Position numbers and translations under genes: made by a program. Positions 22,911 to 36,000 of a DNA stretch of 64,000 bases are shown here, in pieces; the first letter of the stretch is position 1, and each line of letters starts with the position of its first letter. This stretch comes from Selaginella moellendorffii (Eukaryota > Plantae > Lycopodiophyta), in assembly GCF_000143415.4 (NCBI RefSeq), contig NW_003314290.1, positions 1,602,454 to 1,666,453 on the forward strand, written 5' to 3'. The notes beneath the pieces were generated by a model, which saw only the letters and a list, made by a program, of their open reading frames with translations, was not told where the DNA came from and made no database searches.

Positions 22911-23298
22911 TTGATCGCGCGGCCCCGGCCGGATGATCCTCCTCCTTTCTTGCTCCAAGATCAAGAAGGCCGATCCTCCCTGCCGCATTCGATCGCTCTC
23001 AATCTCTTTCTTTCTTGCCCCAAAAGAACCAGAGCGCCAAAGCCTAAAAACTTTCCTCCAATGTGAGCTCTTGCGCAAAGGAAAGGAAACGAATGGTCCC
23101 TGTTAAGAATGGAATAAAGCAAATTGTTCGTTATTAGACAGGTTCGTTGGTTCCTGTCATGGGACGAGGATCAAAGTGACCTCCCGCGAATCTACATAGT
23201 ATATTCTACGTGGAGCATATCCTCTTACATGTTGACGCATATTCTCCATACGAACAGACGGTCAAAATTCTTCCCAGTTTTTCTTTAGCGCGGACTTC

Positions 23299-24289
23299 CT
23301 AGAGGACAAGGTTGAGGACGAAGACGATCAAGCCTCGAATGGCATAAGCGCGGGCGTGAAACTCGCGAGCCTGGAAGAAACGAAAAATCTTGATGATCTA
23401 TCGATCGATCGCAAAAAACTTTGGAAGCTTACCGAAGACGAGCGGGGCGGAGGACGACGCTTGGTGTTCGTGCCGAAATCCGGGACTCGTCGAGGATTCA
23501 CGGACGCGTCCGGATGGTGGCGAGCGCTCACCGGCGAGAGAAGTGGGGTGTCATCTGGTGGACTGTCCAGCCATGGCGAGCAAGAACTGTCGGAGTCATG
23601 GGACGTGTCGTCGTCGTCATCGTCGCTGGGAGCTGTGGCGCAACCATTGTCAGCTGGACTTGAATCGTCCGAGGGAGATGCCGCGGCAGCTGCTGGGCTT
23701 CCGGCCGGAGGAAGATGGATCAAGGATGACTGCTCCACCACTGTGATCGCGAACTTCTGGCCCAGCTGGCAGTGTGAGTAGTAGTCCTTGCTGCATCCGA
23801 AGTAGTAAGTTCCAGGCGCTGGAGCAGTCCACTATCAACAACGAAAAATCAGTTCCCGATTGATCAATCACGTATACTTAAGTCCTGCGACAAAAAGAAC
23901 TCCAAATCGAAAGAACTTACAGTATACACGCCGGAAAGCCCTTCGTCGAGGAGCGTGCTCTCGGTGAAGTTGCAATTCACGTACTCGCTATGGTTCCGGA
24001 ACATGTGAATGTTGTGGAGCTGTGGAAAAAACAGGAAGACTGCTAGATCTTTTAGAAACTTCGTATCGATGAATCGTTTTGTTGCGAGAGTTAAGTTCCA
24101 CATACCGATGTCATCCCCTGGGACGAGAGTGGTCTTGGATGCCCAGGCAGCGTAGTCGGGAGTCTGGCCGCTAAAGATGTTGAATTGCGTCCAGCCGATC
24201 TCGCCCCCTACCTTGAGCACTTGCTTGCTGGAGCAAGGCGGCAGCAGCGACCACATGAGGATAATCCCCGGGAGGAAGAGCGCGTTCAT
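23299..24289 (-). CDS. Phytocyanin (stellacyanin-type) with Ser/Asp/Pro-rich linker and probable GPI signal, 4 exons
   Basis: Signal peptide; VGGEIGW...DYAAWAS, HNIH, GTYYFGCSKDYYSHCQLGQKFAITV (Cu ligands H, C, H, Q). A spliced last exon gives the hydrophobic tail AYAIRGLIVFVLNLVL*. Confidence 0.85.
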
Positions 24290-24786
24290 TGCGATCGAAC
24301 GACCTGGAAATTCCCAAAGATTAGCTCGATATTTCGATATTTCGCGAGAAAGAGAGGATCTTCATCCGGAGAGACAGAGCGATCGATCCGAGCACAAGGC
24401 GCCGATGCTATGGCGTTTCCCGGCCTCGATCGGCAAGATCGCGAAGAAAAGAGAGGAGAAATCTCGCATGCAAAGAAGATTTCCAGCGCGCGGCGGAAGA
24501 CGATCGCATTCCTATCGCGATCGAGAATCCACACAGAGCTTGGAGAATGCGGTGCGTACCAGGAATCCAAGGAAGCCGCGCCGCTCCGCCAAGAGAAGGA
24601 AGACGAGAGTAATGGAAATGGCCAGAGGCGAGGGTTTTAGAAATAAAAGAAACGGATTACTCTTAATCGACCATCGCTAATCGTTGTTATGTTTGAAATA
24701 ATACACAGTCAGCTTTTGGCGCGCAAGCACGTCAGCGAACAACCTGTGAAAATAGGGTTCTTCCCTTCCAGCTAGGGCGCGCGCCC

Positions 24787-26689
24787 ATGAGCTCACTGGC
24801 GCACGGTCGACCGCCTTCAAAGTGCCTGTAGGTGATGATACTGTAAGCGCCGTTTAGATAACTCTTCTCGATTCTACGATCTTGTCCAGGATTCGACATT
24901 CTTTGATGAGCCTTCGCAGGAAGAGATCGTTATAGGAGGAATGCGAGGACAAACTCCTTCGCCGGCGCGGTTTACACCGTCGCCGGCGCCATCGCCAGTG
25001 CCTGGATCGTCTGGAAGCTCCAATGGGGAGTTCTCAAATCAGCAGCGGGTACTCTTTGAAAAAATTTCGCAATGAATGATTCGTTTGAGTATACGCAGCT
25101 TAAAGACGTCCACAAGAAATATCGGATCATCGAAGGAACTCGTCGCATCTATCATGGCGAGAGCGAGGGGATTCTCAGACGGCAAGAGGCCACGCTTGCG
25201 AATATCAGGACTGATAATCAGTCGTTGCGAGAGAATGTCGATAGTTACTTCATACCAGTAAGTATGCTTTCCTCGTTGGTTTATCAATCGTATTTGCTCG
25301 TCTTTGCAGAACTATGAGCTTCAAATGGCTCAGCTCCACGAGGACGCAGCTAAGTTTGGCGAACTCGTTGAGCACGAAGCAAAGAGGCTCGAGGAGCTGG
25401 AACTTGCGGTTGAAAAATCCAAAGCCGACAAACTGGATTACAAAAAAACACAAGGAGGAGTACATGCAGCTCGTGACAGGCATCGCAATGCTTTGATCCA
25501 TATACAGATAACGGAGAACCGGATTCACAAGGTATCTAGTGACACCATGGTAGTCTTACATTATTTTGGTTTCAGGTACTCGTTGATCTGAATATTGTGG
25601 AAAGGCAAAATAGGAATCTGAAGAGAAAGATGAAGGAAATCAGGGAGGAGCGCGAACTTTTCGACGACATTCGTTTGAAGCTCGAAAAGGAGCTTCAGTG
25701 GAAGGAGAAGGAGATGGAGAAATGCATCGAGCTTAGCAGCTTGTTATACGACGAGAGAAATGACATTGAGGAGCGTTTCACAGGTTTATAACCCCGTTGA
25801 GTATTTCACTTATGTTGCAACTTCAGCCATTGTCAAGTTTCTAAACTCACGCTCCTAACGTTTTGACCTTTCCAGATGTCTTGGAGATGCACGGAGACAT
25901 GGAGGCTTACAAAATGTGGGAAGCTTCGAAGGGTTGGGCTGTCATGGAACCAGAGCCTGTAGAAAACTTCTTGCACGTTCAACCGAGATCGGTATGGGAT
26001 TCATGACTTATGACTTGAAACTTATGCATTTCTGTCATGTTCTACAGACGGAGGAACGTAAAGAGCCTATGGATTGCAGCGAGTATTTTAGGCAGTGGAT
26101 TGATGTGAAGTCGATCTCAAACATTCAAGACATCTTGGGGATTGATAGTGTTTACGGGATGGTACAAGCAGTCAAGGAGTTGCAGCAAAAGAATGTTGCA
26201 ATTATTGCCAGGATGAACGAGCTTGTCAATGTAAGTTGTCTTACAGTTCCTTTTGGGCAGATTTGGGACAATTCACATTTTCAGGAAATGGACACCATCA
26301 AAGCCTTGCCTAAGCCTTTTGACTTAAATATCGAAAGTGCTCCAATCGATCCAGACGCAAAAAAGAAAGTTGACATGGAGGCAATAATGGACAAGATATC
26401 TAGCCTTTTGAAAGAGCTAGATTTTGAAGATGAAGAGTACATACTTATTATAAACGAGATGAAAAAACGAGTTGGCAAAGTCTTCAGTGAAGCAGGTATG
26501 TTTATTCTTTCACTAGCAACGACTGACTTTACTTCCGCAATTCCAGGTTGCGCTGTTGACGGAAACGCGCTGACAAATGAGAAGGGTAAGGCCCGATTAG
26601 AGGAGGCCTTGGGTCAGTGGTACAATACTATAGACAGTTTTGTCGACCAACTCATAAAACAAGCGAAGGAGTCTGTACAGAAGAAGTAA
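24787..26689 (+). CDS. Outer dynein arm docking complex subunit DC2 (ODA1/CCDC114/CCDC63)-like coiled-coil protein; start uncertain
   Basis: Spliced translation LKDVHKKYRIIEGTRRIYHGESEGILRRQEATLANIRTDNQSLRE...QGGVHAA...IQITENRIHK|VLVDLNIVERQNRNLKRKMKEIREERELFDDIRLKLEKEL..KEKEMEKCIELSSLLYDERN follows the DC2 consensus order. Confidence 0.75.
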
Positions 26690-26785
26690 ACATTCGAGGT
26701 AATCTTATGATTCAAGAATTAAAATGAATTGCTAGCAGATTGTGTACAGTTTGAGAATGCAAGAGGAGTTTCCAGCAGAGCTCAG

Positions 26786-28184
26786 TTACAAACGAGCTAG
26801 CTGCCGAACGTTTATGGGCTCAACTACAGACTGATCCCCTTCCAGGATTCCTTTTCCAAGCACGTAATTTGCGGCCTCCGAAGTATGGTATGGATCCCAG
26901 AAAAAATGTTCCGTCCTGTTGGAGCAAACAGAGACGGAAGGGATGCATGAGATCAGACCTCTGTACGGGCCACCAGCGCCACAGCAGGCCGTGTCGCTGT
27001 TTGCAAATCCTGCAAGGGGGAGGAACATTCAGCTCAGAAGCTTCAAAACTTCACAAGCATGGCGAAGCTCCTACCGTATTTCCCCGGGTTTTTTATGACG
27101 GTGGTGACGGTGTCATAAGTGTTGACATAGACGAACTTGGCATCCGGAAACTGCCCGTTGAGATCGAAAACAGTCTGCCTCAGCGCCTTGTTGAAGTTGA
27201 GAACCAGCTCGTTGGGTTGGGGAGCACAGGTACTGTTTCTTTGGAAGTTGACCGTGAGCTGATATGGAATGCAGCCTATTGGACCCGCTCCTGCGATGAT
27301 GAACTTGCGGGCGTCCAGCTTGTACGCATCCTGGCAAAGAAGCGGTGAGACCGAGATGAGCGAGAACTCTCGAAAAATCCAACAAGGAGGCAGAAGCTTC
27401 TTACAGTCAGGAGCTTTTTGTACGTGGAGACTAGGCGGACTTGGAACTGCTGGGGGGTGTACATAAGAGGCGTGGCAGTGACAGGCGCAACGTAATTGTT
27501 GAGGTAGTCATTGGAGCCGATGACAAAGCAGAAAATAGACTTGGAGAGCATCTGGTACGCCGCCTTTTGTCCGAGCAGGCCGATGATCTGGGACCGGGTG
27601 TTGCCGTAGTACTCAATCTGCTTTCCAAGGGGCAGTCTCTGCAGCTGCGAAAGCCAGGCAAAGGACCAAACAGGTTGAGCAGCAAGAACGATCGAAGAAA
27701 ACTTACGAAGTAGAGCCCGGTCTCGTCGAGAACACCAGCTCCGCCGGACGCGTAGTTGACACCTTTGAGGATGGCAGTCCCGTTGGTGCTTGGATCCAGA
27801 TACGGCGGTGCTAGTGGAAGTCCAAGCTCCTGGGCTGTTGAGAAAGGAGACAAGGCAGCACAGGGTGGAAGTTAGGAGGATGGTAGCGCTGACGATACTA
27901 TTTAGTGCTACTCGGCGCTTACCAACAACGTCGGTCACGGTGAGGCCATTGCAGAAGCGCCCGGTTGCAACGCTGCCCTGGAAGTCGATGCCGTTGTGGG
28001 AGTGATTGGCCTGGGAGAGCGACTGGAGGAACTTGTTATTGCCAGAGTCGACCAGGGAATCGCCAAAGACGAAGAATGCTGGGACTTGAGGAGCTTCGGC
28101 TGCGCGGATGGTCTCGAGGGACGCGAGAAACAAGAGAAGGAGCGAAGTGGAAAGGGCGGCGAGAGTGATTGTCGCCTCCTCCAT
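26786..28184 (-). CDS. GDSL esterase/lipase, multi-exon
   Basis: Signal peptide, FVFGDSLVDSGNN, TGRFCNG, GVNYASGGAG, IGSNDY, ACCG, FFWDPYHTSEAAN. Confidence 0.95.
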
Positions 28185-28299
28185 GGCAGCGAAGTGGCGG
28201 GGCGGCGAGCTTCCACTCCTCTCCAGCACCGGCGTTTTACTTATATGTACATTTGGAGCGGTGTAGATTAATTAGGTGAAGACTAGCGACTAACCGGAA

Positions 28300-31250
28300 A
28301 CTAAGGGTAAAGATTTATTGATTTATTACCAAGGTATTACTATTTTCTCTAGAGATAGGGCATAATTATAACTTTATATCCTTTTAAATTTGTCATATGA
28401 AAGTAGTGGGATGCTAAATTAATTAATTTGTCAAGTGGTAAAAATTATGAAGAGAGGATTTGCAGTGCATCAGATATATATATATATATACATATATACA
28501 TACATATATATGTTTATATGTTTAATTCAGATTACTATATATTAGTGATATTGTAGTTGAAATCAAGAATAATAATATTATTTCTAAACCATGACCAAAA
28601 TAATTTGATACTTATGGTGCATAATACAAACATGAAATTTCAGTATAAAAACTCTTTTATTGCTTCAAGTATAAATGATAAACCTGATTTATTAAAGTAA
28701 TTACTTTATATATTATATTTAGTTTTATAAATATATTAATATTTTATTCTGTTAAGAAAGGCTATAGTGTTAATCCATAAGGACAATAGATTTCATACAT
28801 AATTAATTATTAATTATTTTTATTTTGTGTTGTAATATTTTATTTCAAATTGGTGTGATATCTCAAGTTGTTATCTACTAATAATATTATTAGTTTCATA
28901 AAATCTAAATTGCTAGATATTGCCAATATTATTAACTCCATTATTTAATTTTACTTATATAAATATGTTAATTCTTCTTTTTTTTTGAGATGAGAAAGGT
29001 TATGATTTTTTTTTTCATAAACACAACTTTAGCACCACTCTATTTATATAAGCTAATTATTTTTTTTAGTTTTCTTAAAAAGTATTTTATTTTTAAAAAA
29101 TAATATTTTTCATTATAAAAAAACAACTCTACCTTCTCATGTTTAAATTGTCATCTAGGTTTTTCCTACAAACAAGTGGAATAAAAGATATTGGGATGAA
29201 TACTTCATAAAACTTTAGCTCTACACTTGCATGATCCATTAGTCAAAGTTTGTAATCCATGATTGTTCATTATCATTTGTGGCATATGTAAAACTTTATT
29301 TAAGTCAAAGAATTGACTTCTTTACTTTTAGTGTTACTCATAGCATTTATATAATAGGGATATAATCATCTTATAGTTAATCACTTGATGGATAATTATA
29401 TTGTGATTATGATTTAAAGAAAAAATTAATCACATAATTACATATTAGTTTTATATGTGCATTAATTGCCAAGTATGATTATAAAAGAAGGCACTCTCAA
29501 GTTTCACACCCATCTATATATTTTCTATAAACATTTATACTTATATAAATAAATAAATGAATAAATAAAAATTATAATGTATCCACTTTTATAGCTCATT
29601 TTAAATAATTAAAGTGAAGAGCTTGAAAGATAGTCTTCTAGATTTTTTTTAATATATATATATATAATCCCATGAATAAATAATGTACCATTTTTATATT
29701 TATTGGTTAAAGGTTTTGAAATACATGAAGTAAACTATTTTTTAGGTTTAAGTAGTGTTAGTCCACAAAGTTTAAATACAACAGTTTACACTCTTTGAAT
29801 TCATGATGATAAAATGTTAGTATTCTGATAATTATCATATTATTCTTTACTTTGGTGATTATCATAATTAATGCACTAAATGTTTTGTGATACTGTAGTC
29901 TATAATTTCTAAATATAATAGTAAAAATCTTAAAATAAAATTTATTATAATACACTTATATTTTGCTATTAATGTTGAAGGGCATAAATATATTAACTTA
30001 AAACCTAACTATATATGTGTGTGTTTTATAATGTATTTAAATTAAATTATTGTATGTTAGTGATTTTGTAGCTCTATGTGATTTAAATTGCTTTAAGTTA
30101 GGGACATTGTCATATTCATTTGCAAAACTTGATACATGATCTATATCAAGGAATGTTTTTTTTTTTATTTTTTTATATATAAATTGATTATTATTTTTCT
30201 TCATTTGAGAAAATCAATAGTTTTTATACATCCATAGTTATTTATTAATCTTAACATTTTTCAAGTATATTTTATTTCTTATTGATATGAATTTCAAGGT
30301 TATAATATACTTTCAGTTAAGATCCATGTTGTTGCATGTTAGTAACATTATTAAACTTATTACCTCTACTTGTTTCATGATTATTTTTAGGTGAATTTTT
30401 TTTTCTTTATTTTACTCTTATAAATATGTTGATTGTTCAGCTAATTTAGCTAAGAAAGACCATAGCTTTTATGCATAAGCTTAAAATTAACATCACTTTA
30501 TCTATATGAGGTAATTGCTAGATTTTTCAGTTTAAGATATTTTATTTTAAAAAACTTCTTCTTTATTCTTAAATTAAAATTTGTTTTTGAATGTTATGTT
30601 ATTAACAATCATGATAAATGTAGCAAGCTGATATGGTTGAATATTGAAGGTATAAAGATTAGTAATAGTGGTAGTGCTGATGGCATTGAAAATATAAATT
30701 CTAAAGTTTATTTTAATTCTTTATTTGTAAGCTTTCACTACTATTGCAAAATATTTATTCAATCATTCATTTATATATTGCTTACAAGGTCTTGCAACAC
30801 CTCTGAAGAAACATGAGATGGATGGGTTCAAATATGCCACAGTGACAATTACTGTGATTGTTTGTCATCCAATAAAGATATGTATAAAGAAATTTAGATG
30901 GGATAAAGGTGCTTTAAATCCCACTTGATAGCAACTTGTGCATTGGGGATACCTTAATTGTGAGATATATACAAATAGATTATGATAAGTAGACAAAGTT
31001 AATCTTATATGTTAATATGATTATATTTTATGTATTAGCTCAGTTACATTACTTTGGAGGTCATTATCAATTCGAGTTTTGAACTTACACATGGCTGCTG
31101 GTTTAAGCTGGACACGACCAGCCCTTTGACCAAACGAATTAGAGAAAGTTTAAACCATAATAAAGGTTAGATTGAGCTATATCCTAGAATATATTTGAAT
31201 ATTCATGATTTAATCTTTATAACGATCAATATTGACAAGGGAAGGGCGAT
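28300..31250. mobile_element. Very AT-rich tract, probably a decayed DNA transposon
   Basis: Abrupt GC drop, (TA)n near 28474-28520 and no long ORF. The minus strand at about 29150-29250 reads LMDHASV..FIPLVC, weakly like a DDE_1 transposase. No TIR or TSD found. Confidence 0.4.
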
Positions 31251-31566
31251 TTAAAACATATACGCCAGAAAGGAGGTCAAGCCGAGCGGCTCGATTAAAA
31301 AATACCAACACTTGGCTCTTCCTTGATCAGCCACGTGGACGTAATTAGGGTTCTTGCGTGATGTTCCCATCTTTTTACCTTATAAGGCCCTAGCGCATCG
31401 CATTTATAACTCTTCAGGATGGTCTTTATGGTGGTATTGATCTTGGCCGTGGGATTGCAGATTCTCTCCGACTGGGAGATATAAATGCTGGCCCTTGGTA
31501 ATTTGTTTTGAATAGGATCCCATAGCTTGGGAGTGAGAGAGAGAGAGAGAGAGGAAATCCAAAGCT

Positions 31567-32711
31567 ATGGTGGAACTAGGATCCCTGCTGTGGTGTGTTG
31601 CTCTGCTGGGCTTGGTTGTATACAAGGGAATTTGCATCCATCTGAGGCGCCAGCGAGCAGAGTTTATAGCATCTCTAGATCCCGTACGAGATGCGCACAA
31701 GATCGTGTGGTATCTCTATGCGGTGGAGTTCCCATTTCTCTCCCAGAAAGCTCTCGAGTTTGGCACCATCCAAACCCTGGGCATTCCCTCCATCACCAAG
31801 CTCCTGTACAAGACCAAGTATGGGCTCAAGGATCCCCAGAAGCGCGCCGCCGAGACCAACATCTTGGTGAGCGAGTTCCTCCACCACCACGTCGATAGCG
31901 ACCGTGGATCCTACGCGCTGAGGAGATTGAATGGCATCCACGCCCAATTCAAGATCCCAAATCACGAGTTTGTCTATGTGCTCTGCTTGAACGTCGTCAA
32001 GCCCATGGATTTTTGCCGCGAGTAAGTGACTAAGTGGTAGTGGTTCTTTCGATGTGTTCTTCCGGTGTTCTTGGAATAGATCTCACACAATGTATGTATA
32101 TGTTGTTTGATCAATGCAGGTTTGGATTCCGGGCGTGGACGCCCCGCGAGGAGCTCGCGTCCTACACGCTCTGGCACGACATTGGGCTCCGGATGGGACT
32201 GAAAGACATCCCGGAGAACATCCAGGCGATGCGCGACTACATCGACGAATTCGAGGAGAAGTACGCCAAATTCGACGAGAAGAACAAGTCCATCGTCCAG
32301 GAGCTCAAGCACCTGGTGCTCGACTCCTTCCCGCGCCGCGTCCAGCCGGTGGTGGAGACGGGCATCTGCGCGCTCATCGGCGAGCGCATCCGGATCGCCA
32401 CCGGGCTGCCAAAGCCACGCGCGATCGTCGAGTGGGCGGTGCTGTCGGCGCTCAAGCTCCTGTCGGGCACGATGGTGTCGATCTTCATGCCGCCCAGGAC
32501 CGTCGCGGGGGCCAAGGGGAGCATCGACGTGGACTGGAGCCCCAACCCGGAAGCTCGCCCGGAGGAGCTCCGCCCGCTCAACGTCAATGTGTATCGCCCG
32601 CCGAGCTTCGAGAAGGGGTACAAGCTCGCGGAGCTGGGAGCGCTCAAGCCGGGGAAGATCGGGCCGCGCTATGGCGATGGAGCTCTGCTGTGCCCATTGT
32701 TTCGCGCCTAG
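31567..32711 (+). CDS. MpaB/DUF2236 (ER-bound oxygenase/rubber oxygenase-like) protein, 2 exons
   Basis: N-terminal TM anchor; EFPF..QKALEF..IQTLGIPSITKLL..T...KRAAETNILVSE...RGSYALRRLNGIHAQFKIPN.EFVYVL; intron 32022-32119; FGFRAWT..E......WHDIGLRMGLKDIP. Confidence 0.8.
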
Positions 32712-33070
32712 AAATTTCACATGGTTTCTTACAATCATAAACTATGTGATGATTTTTCCAGCGATTAAAATTCGTGGAGGGGGGAGTCCCACATGTATCA
32801 CGGTACCATGGATTTGTCTGTACTACATCAGGAAATCCTGCCACCCATGTTCACGTAAATAAATTTGTAAGCTTTCCTCATATGTATTTCTTGCTTGAAT
32901 CAGAGATAATTTAAGCCCGATCTTCCGAGTGGAGGCTTTTTCGACGATTTTTTTTTGTGTGGATCTTATGTGGAGGATCTTCTCTAAGTCGTATGATTCT
33001 AATGTGATCGCCTTCAATGGCCAGGATTTATTTTCATAGCAATGATGTCAAGTATAAGTATTCCATCAGC

Positions 33071-36000
33071 TTATCTTGGAGCCACGAGCTCGATGTTGTT
33101 CGTCGAGAGTACGTCGAGCTCGTCGATCCTGGCGGACGACGACGATCCAGCCACGGCATCACCCTCGGACACATCAAACCCGCCCGACTTGGCTTTGGTC
33201 CCCAGTGGCTGGCTGTGATCGTCGTCGAACGAGTAAGCCCAGCTCGCCATTGCCTTCCATATGTCTTCCAAGTTTCGGACCACCCCCCGGATGGAAGGCC
33301 GCTCGTCTGGATTGTCCGCGCAGCATGTCAGCGCTAGCCTCACGAATGGCTCCATGGCTTCCGACGGATATGGTCCCATGAGCGGATCCACGATTGACAA
33401 GGCTACTCCAGCTTCATAAGCACCTCGAACCTGACGAAAAGAAAAGAAATGCAAGCCGGCTCAATGCAACAAGGAAACCAAAGAGAGATCTTGGCTTACC
33501 TCTCTGACTAAGTTTTTCCCGTGCGAGATTGCTTGCCTTCCCGTGACCAGCTCCAGCATGACAACTCCAAAGCTGTAGATGTCACTCTTGTCGCTCAGTT
33601 TCCGTGTCAGGAAGTATTCAGGATCCAGGTACCCCTGCATGCATGAAACAAAAAGGGAGCTGTCTTTCCTCCTTTCTCACGCGAAGAAGCACAACCTACC
33701 GGAGTTCCCTTCACTACGGTTGAGAGCTGGCCAAAAACGCCATCGCCGTCCTCCTCCGGAGCAAGCTTTGACAAGCCAAAGTCGGCCACTTTCGCATTGT
33801 CCCTGTCTCCGATGAGAATGTTTGTGCCTTTGATGTCCCTGTGAATTATCCGGGGCTCAGCTTCAGTGTGCAAATACATGATGCCCCTCGCAGCTCCCAG
33901 CGCTATGTACACACGCCTTTTGAAGTTCAATGGAGGTTTTTCTGAAAGAAGCAAGAAGAAGTTAATCTCTGCAAACAAACACGTCAAACTTACCAACGAG
34001 GCGAGAAGAAAGATTCCCTCCTCCGATATACTCATACACAAGCATCTGTATACAGAGGAACTAAGTATGAAAAACTACTAGAACGTGACATACGAACCTG
34101 TTCTTGGCCATCGAGACAGAAGCCGACGAGAGAGACGAGGTTTCGATGGTGGATGCGCGATAAAAGCTCGATTTCCGTGAAGAACTCGGTCTCCCCTTGA
34201 TGAGACTCCTCGTCCGCCCGTTTTATAGCAACCACTTGCTTGTCGTCCAAAATTCCCTTGTAAACTTTGCCGTAGCCACCTTTGCCAATTTGTCGTGCTT
34301 CACTGAATGAATCCGTTGCCACTCCCATCTCATGAAAAGTAAAGGCCTTCACATTGTCAATCTTGACAGATGTTGTGCCTCTGCTAACTGTGCCAAATAC
34401 AAAAGAGAGGGAGAAGCACCATCAGTCGAACCTACTCGAGGATTTAAATCGTACTCACGCTTACGAAGGCTTTTCTTCGATGGTGATACCAGGAACCGAC
34501 GCCTCGAAGCACACTTAAAGGCACTGAATCCCACGACTAGTGCAGTGGCTAGGACAGCACCAACCAAAACTCCAGCGAGGACAGCCTTGGAAAAGTGTTT
34601 CTTTTTGCCTCCAGAGCTAGATCCAAAAATGTCTGATCGGAAACAACCCAGGCTTTAGCAGGAGAACACTTTAAAAAATGGTTCGTACCTATGTTGCCAG
34701 GGGCAATGAATGCAATCAGCTCGCGAGGGCCAAAAATCGGACTGTCTCTGATCTTCCACCCGGCGAACCTCTCATAAACTCGTAGAACTTCCGAAGAGTT
34801 TAACTCCCTGTCTCTAGGTGCATCGGTGGTCGCCGGAGGAAATATTTTCACGAGAATGAAGAGCCTCGGGCCGGGTTCCCATAGAGATTGGTCGACGAAC
34901 ACCTGGCTCGGTAGCAAACTTAGATTGCTTGCCAAGTAATCCGAGAAAAGTTGACGGTACAATGAGAAGAAAGTGAAGCCAGGACTCTTCAAGCGGCATT
35001 GCACCTGAATTGGAGCAGCACACCTGCACTTGCCGTCATAAGCCAAGGCCGGAATCATCTCGCTTCCGGTACTACAAGTCTGCGATGTGCAAACGTTCGT
35101 AACATTGTCTCGAACCGTGTCAATCTGCTGCAGAGCAGGAGGTTCTGGGGAACAGAGCGTTGGCAGGCTGTTTCGAGTACAAACTCGCGAGTTTCCGCTC
35201 AGGCTGAGAAAGAAGAAAAGCTAGCATTTTAGATATAAGCGTTTTGTGCGGAGATATTGACCTGATAGACATATTAGCATCGACGTTGCCATCAAAATCC
35301 CCGTCAAACCCAGTAAGCAAGTTGTTCCTGAGATCTCTGCGAAAGAACCGCGCAAGGAAGTGTGAGACGCAAAGATATCTTGTAAGCCCAATACTTACAA
35401 GATAAACTTTTGAGAAGTAACGTTACGATTGACGAAGTCAATAGGAATTAAACCGCTCAGCTGATTGTTTTGCAGCAGCCTAAAGACCGTCAAAAAGTTT
35501 AAGAATTAAAATGTAAGGGACTACTGTGGCTTACAAGGCTTGGAGCTTGGAACCGTGAGCTAGCGACGAAGGAAGCTGTCCGCCAAAATTGTTGTTTGCC
35601 AGGTTTCTAACCAAGGAAAAAAAAAAAGCAATCAAGGATAAGCAAGGAGATTAGAGAACGTACATCGTTGTTACATTCGGAGGTAGAACCGACTGTGAAA
35701 TATTGCCCCCCATGCTGTTACCACTCACGTCACTGCAGAATAAACGAGAAAACATGGTGAGCTCCTTACAGAGATAAAACAGAAACTGACAGATATTCCA
35801 AACTTTCAAATCCACGGATGTCAGGAAGCATTCCTCCAAGGTTGCAATTTCTCATACTCCTGCAAAATGCGTGGCCGGGTAACTGAAGCAATAAAAATCA
35901 CGAGACATACAATTTCAAAAGCTTTTTCATCTGGACATATGATGGAGGAACTGATGCATTGCCAAAGTTGTTGTTGTCAAGCTGACTGAGTCGAGAACAA

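Noticed and set aside
24177-24680. Overlapping 150-170 aa ORFs upstream of the phytocyanin
   Set aside because: Low-complexity translations with no recognisable domain; likely UTR or promoter sequence.
26786-32711. Biosynthetic gene cluster (GDSL plus MpaB-like, with dirigent and phytocyanin nearby)
   Set aside because: No scaffold-forming enzyme (TPS, PKS, prenyltransferase) is present and unrelated housekeeping genes are interspersed; co-expression data would be needed.
31974-32738. 254-aa minus-strand ORF
   Set aside because: Antisense to the GC-rich exon of the MpaB-like gene.
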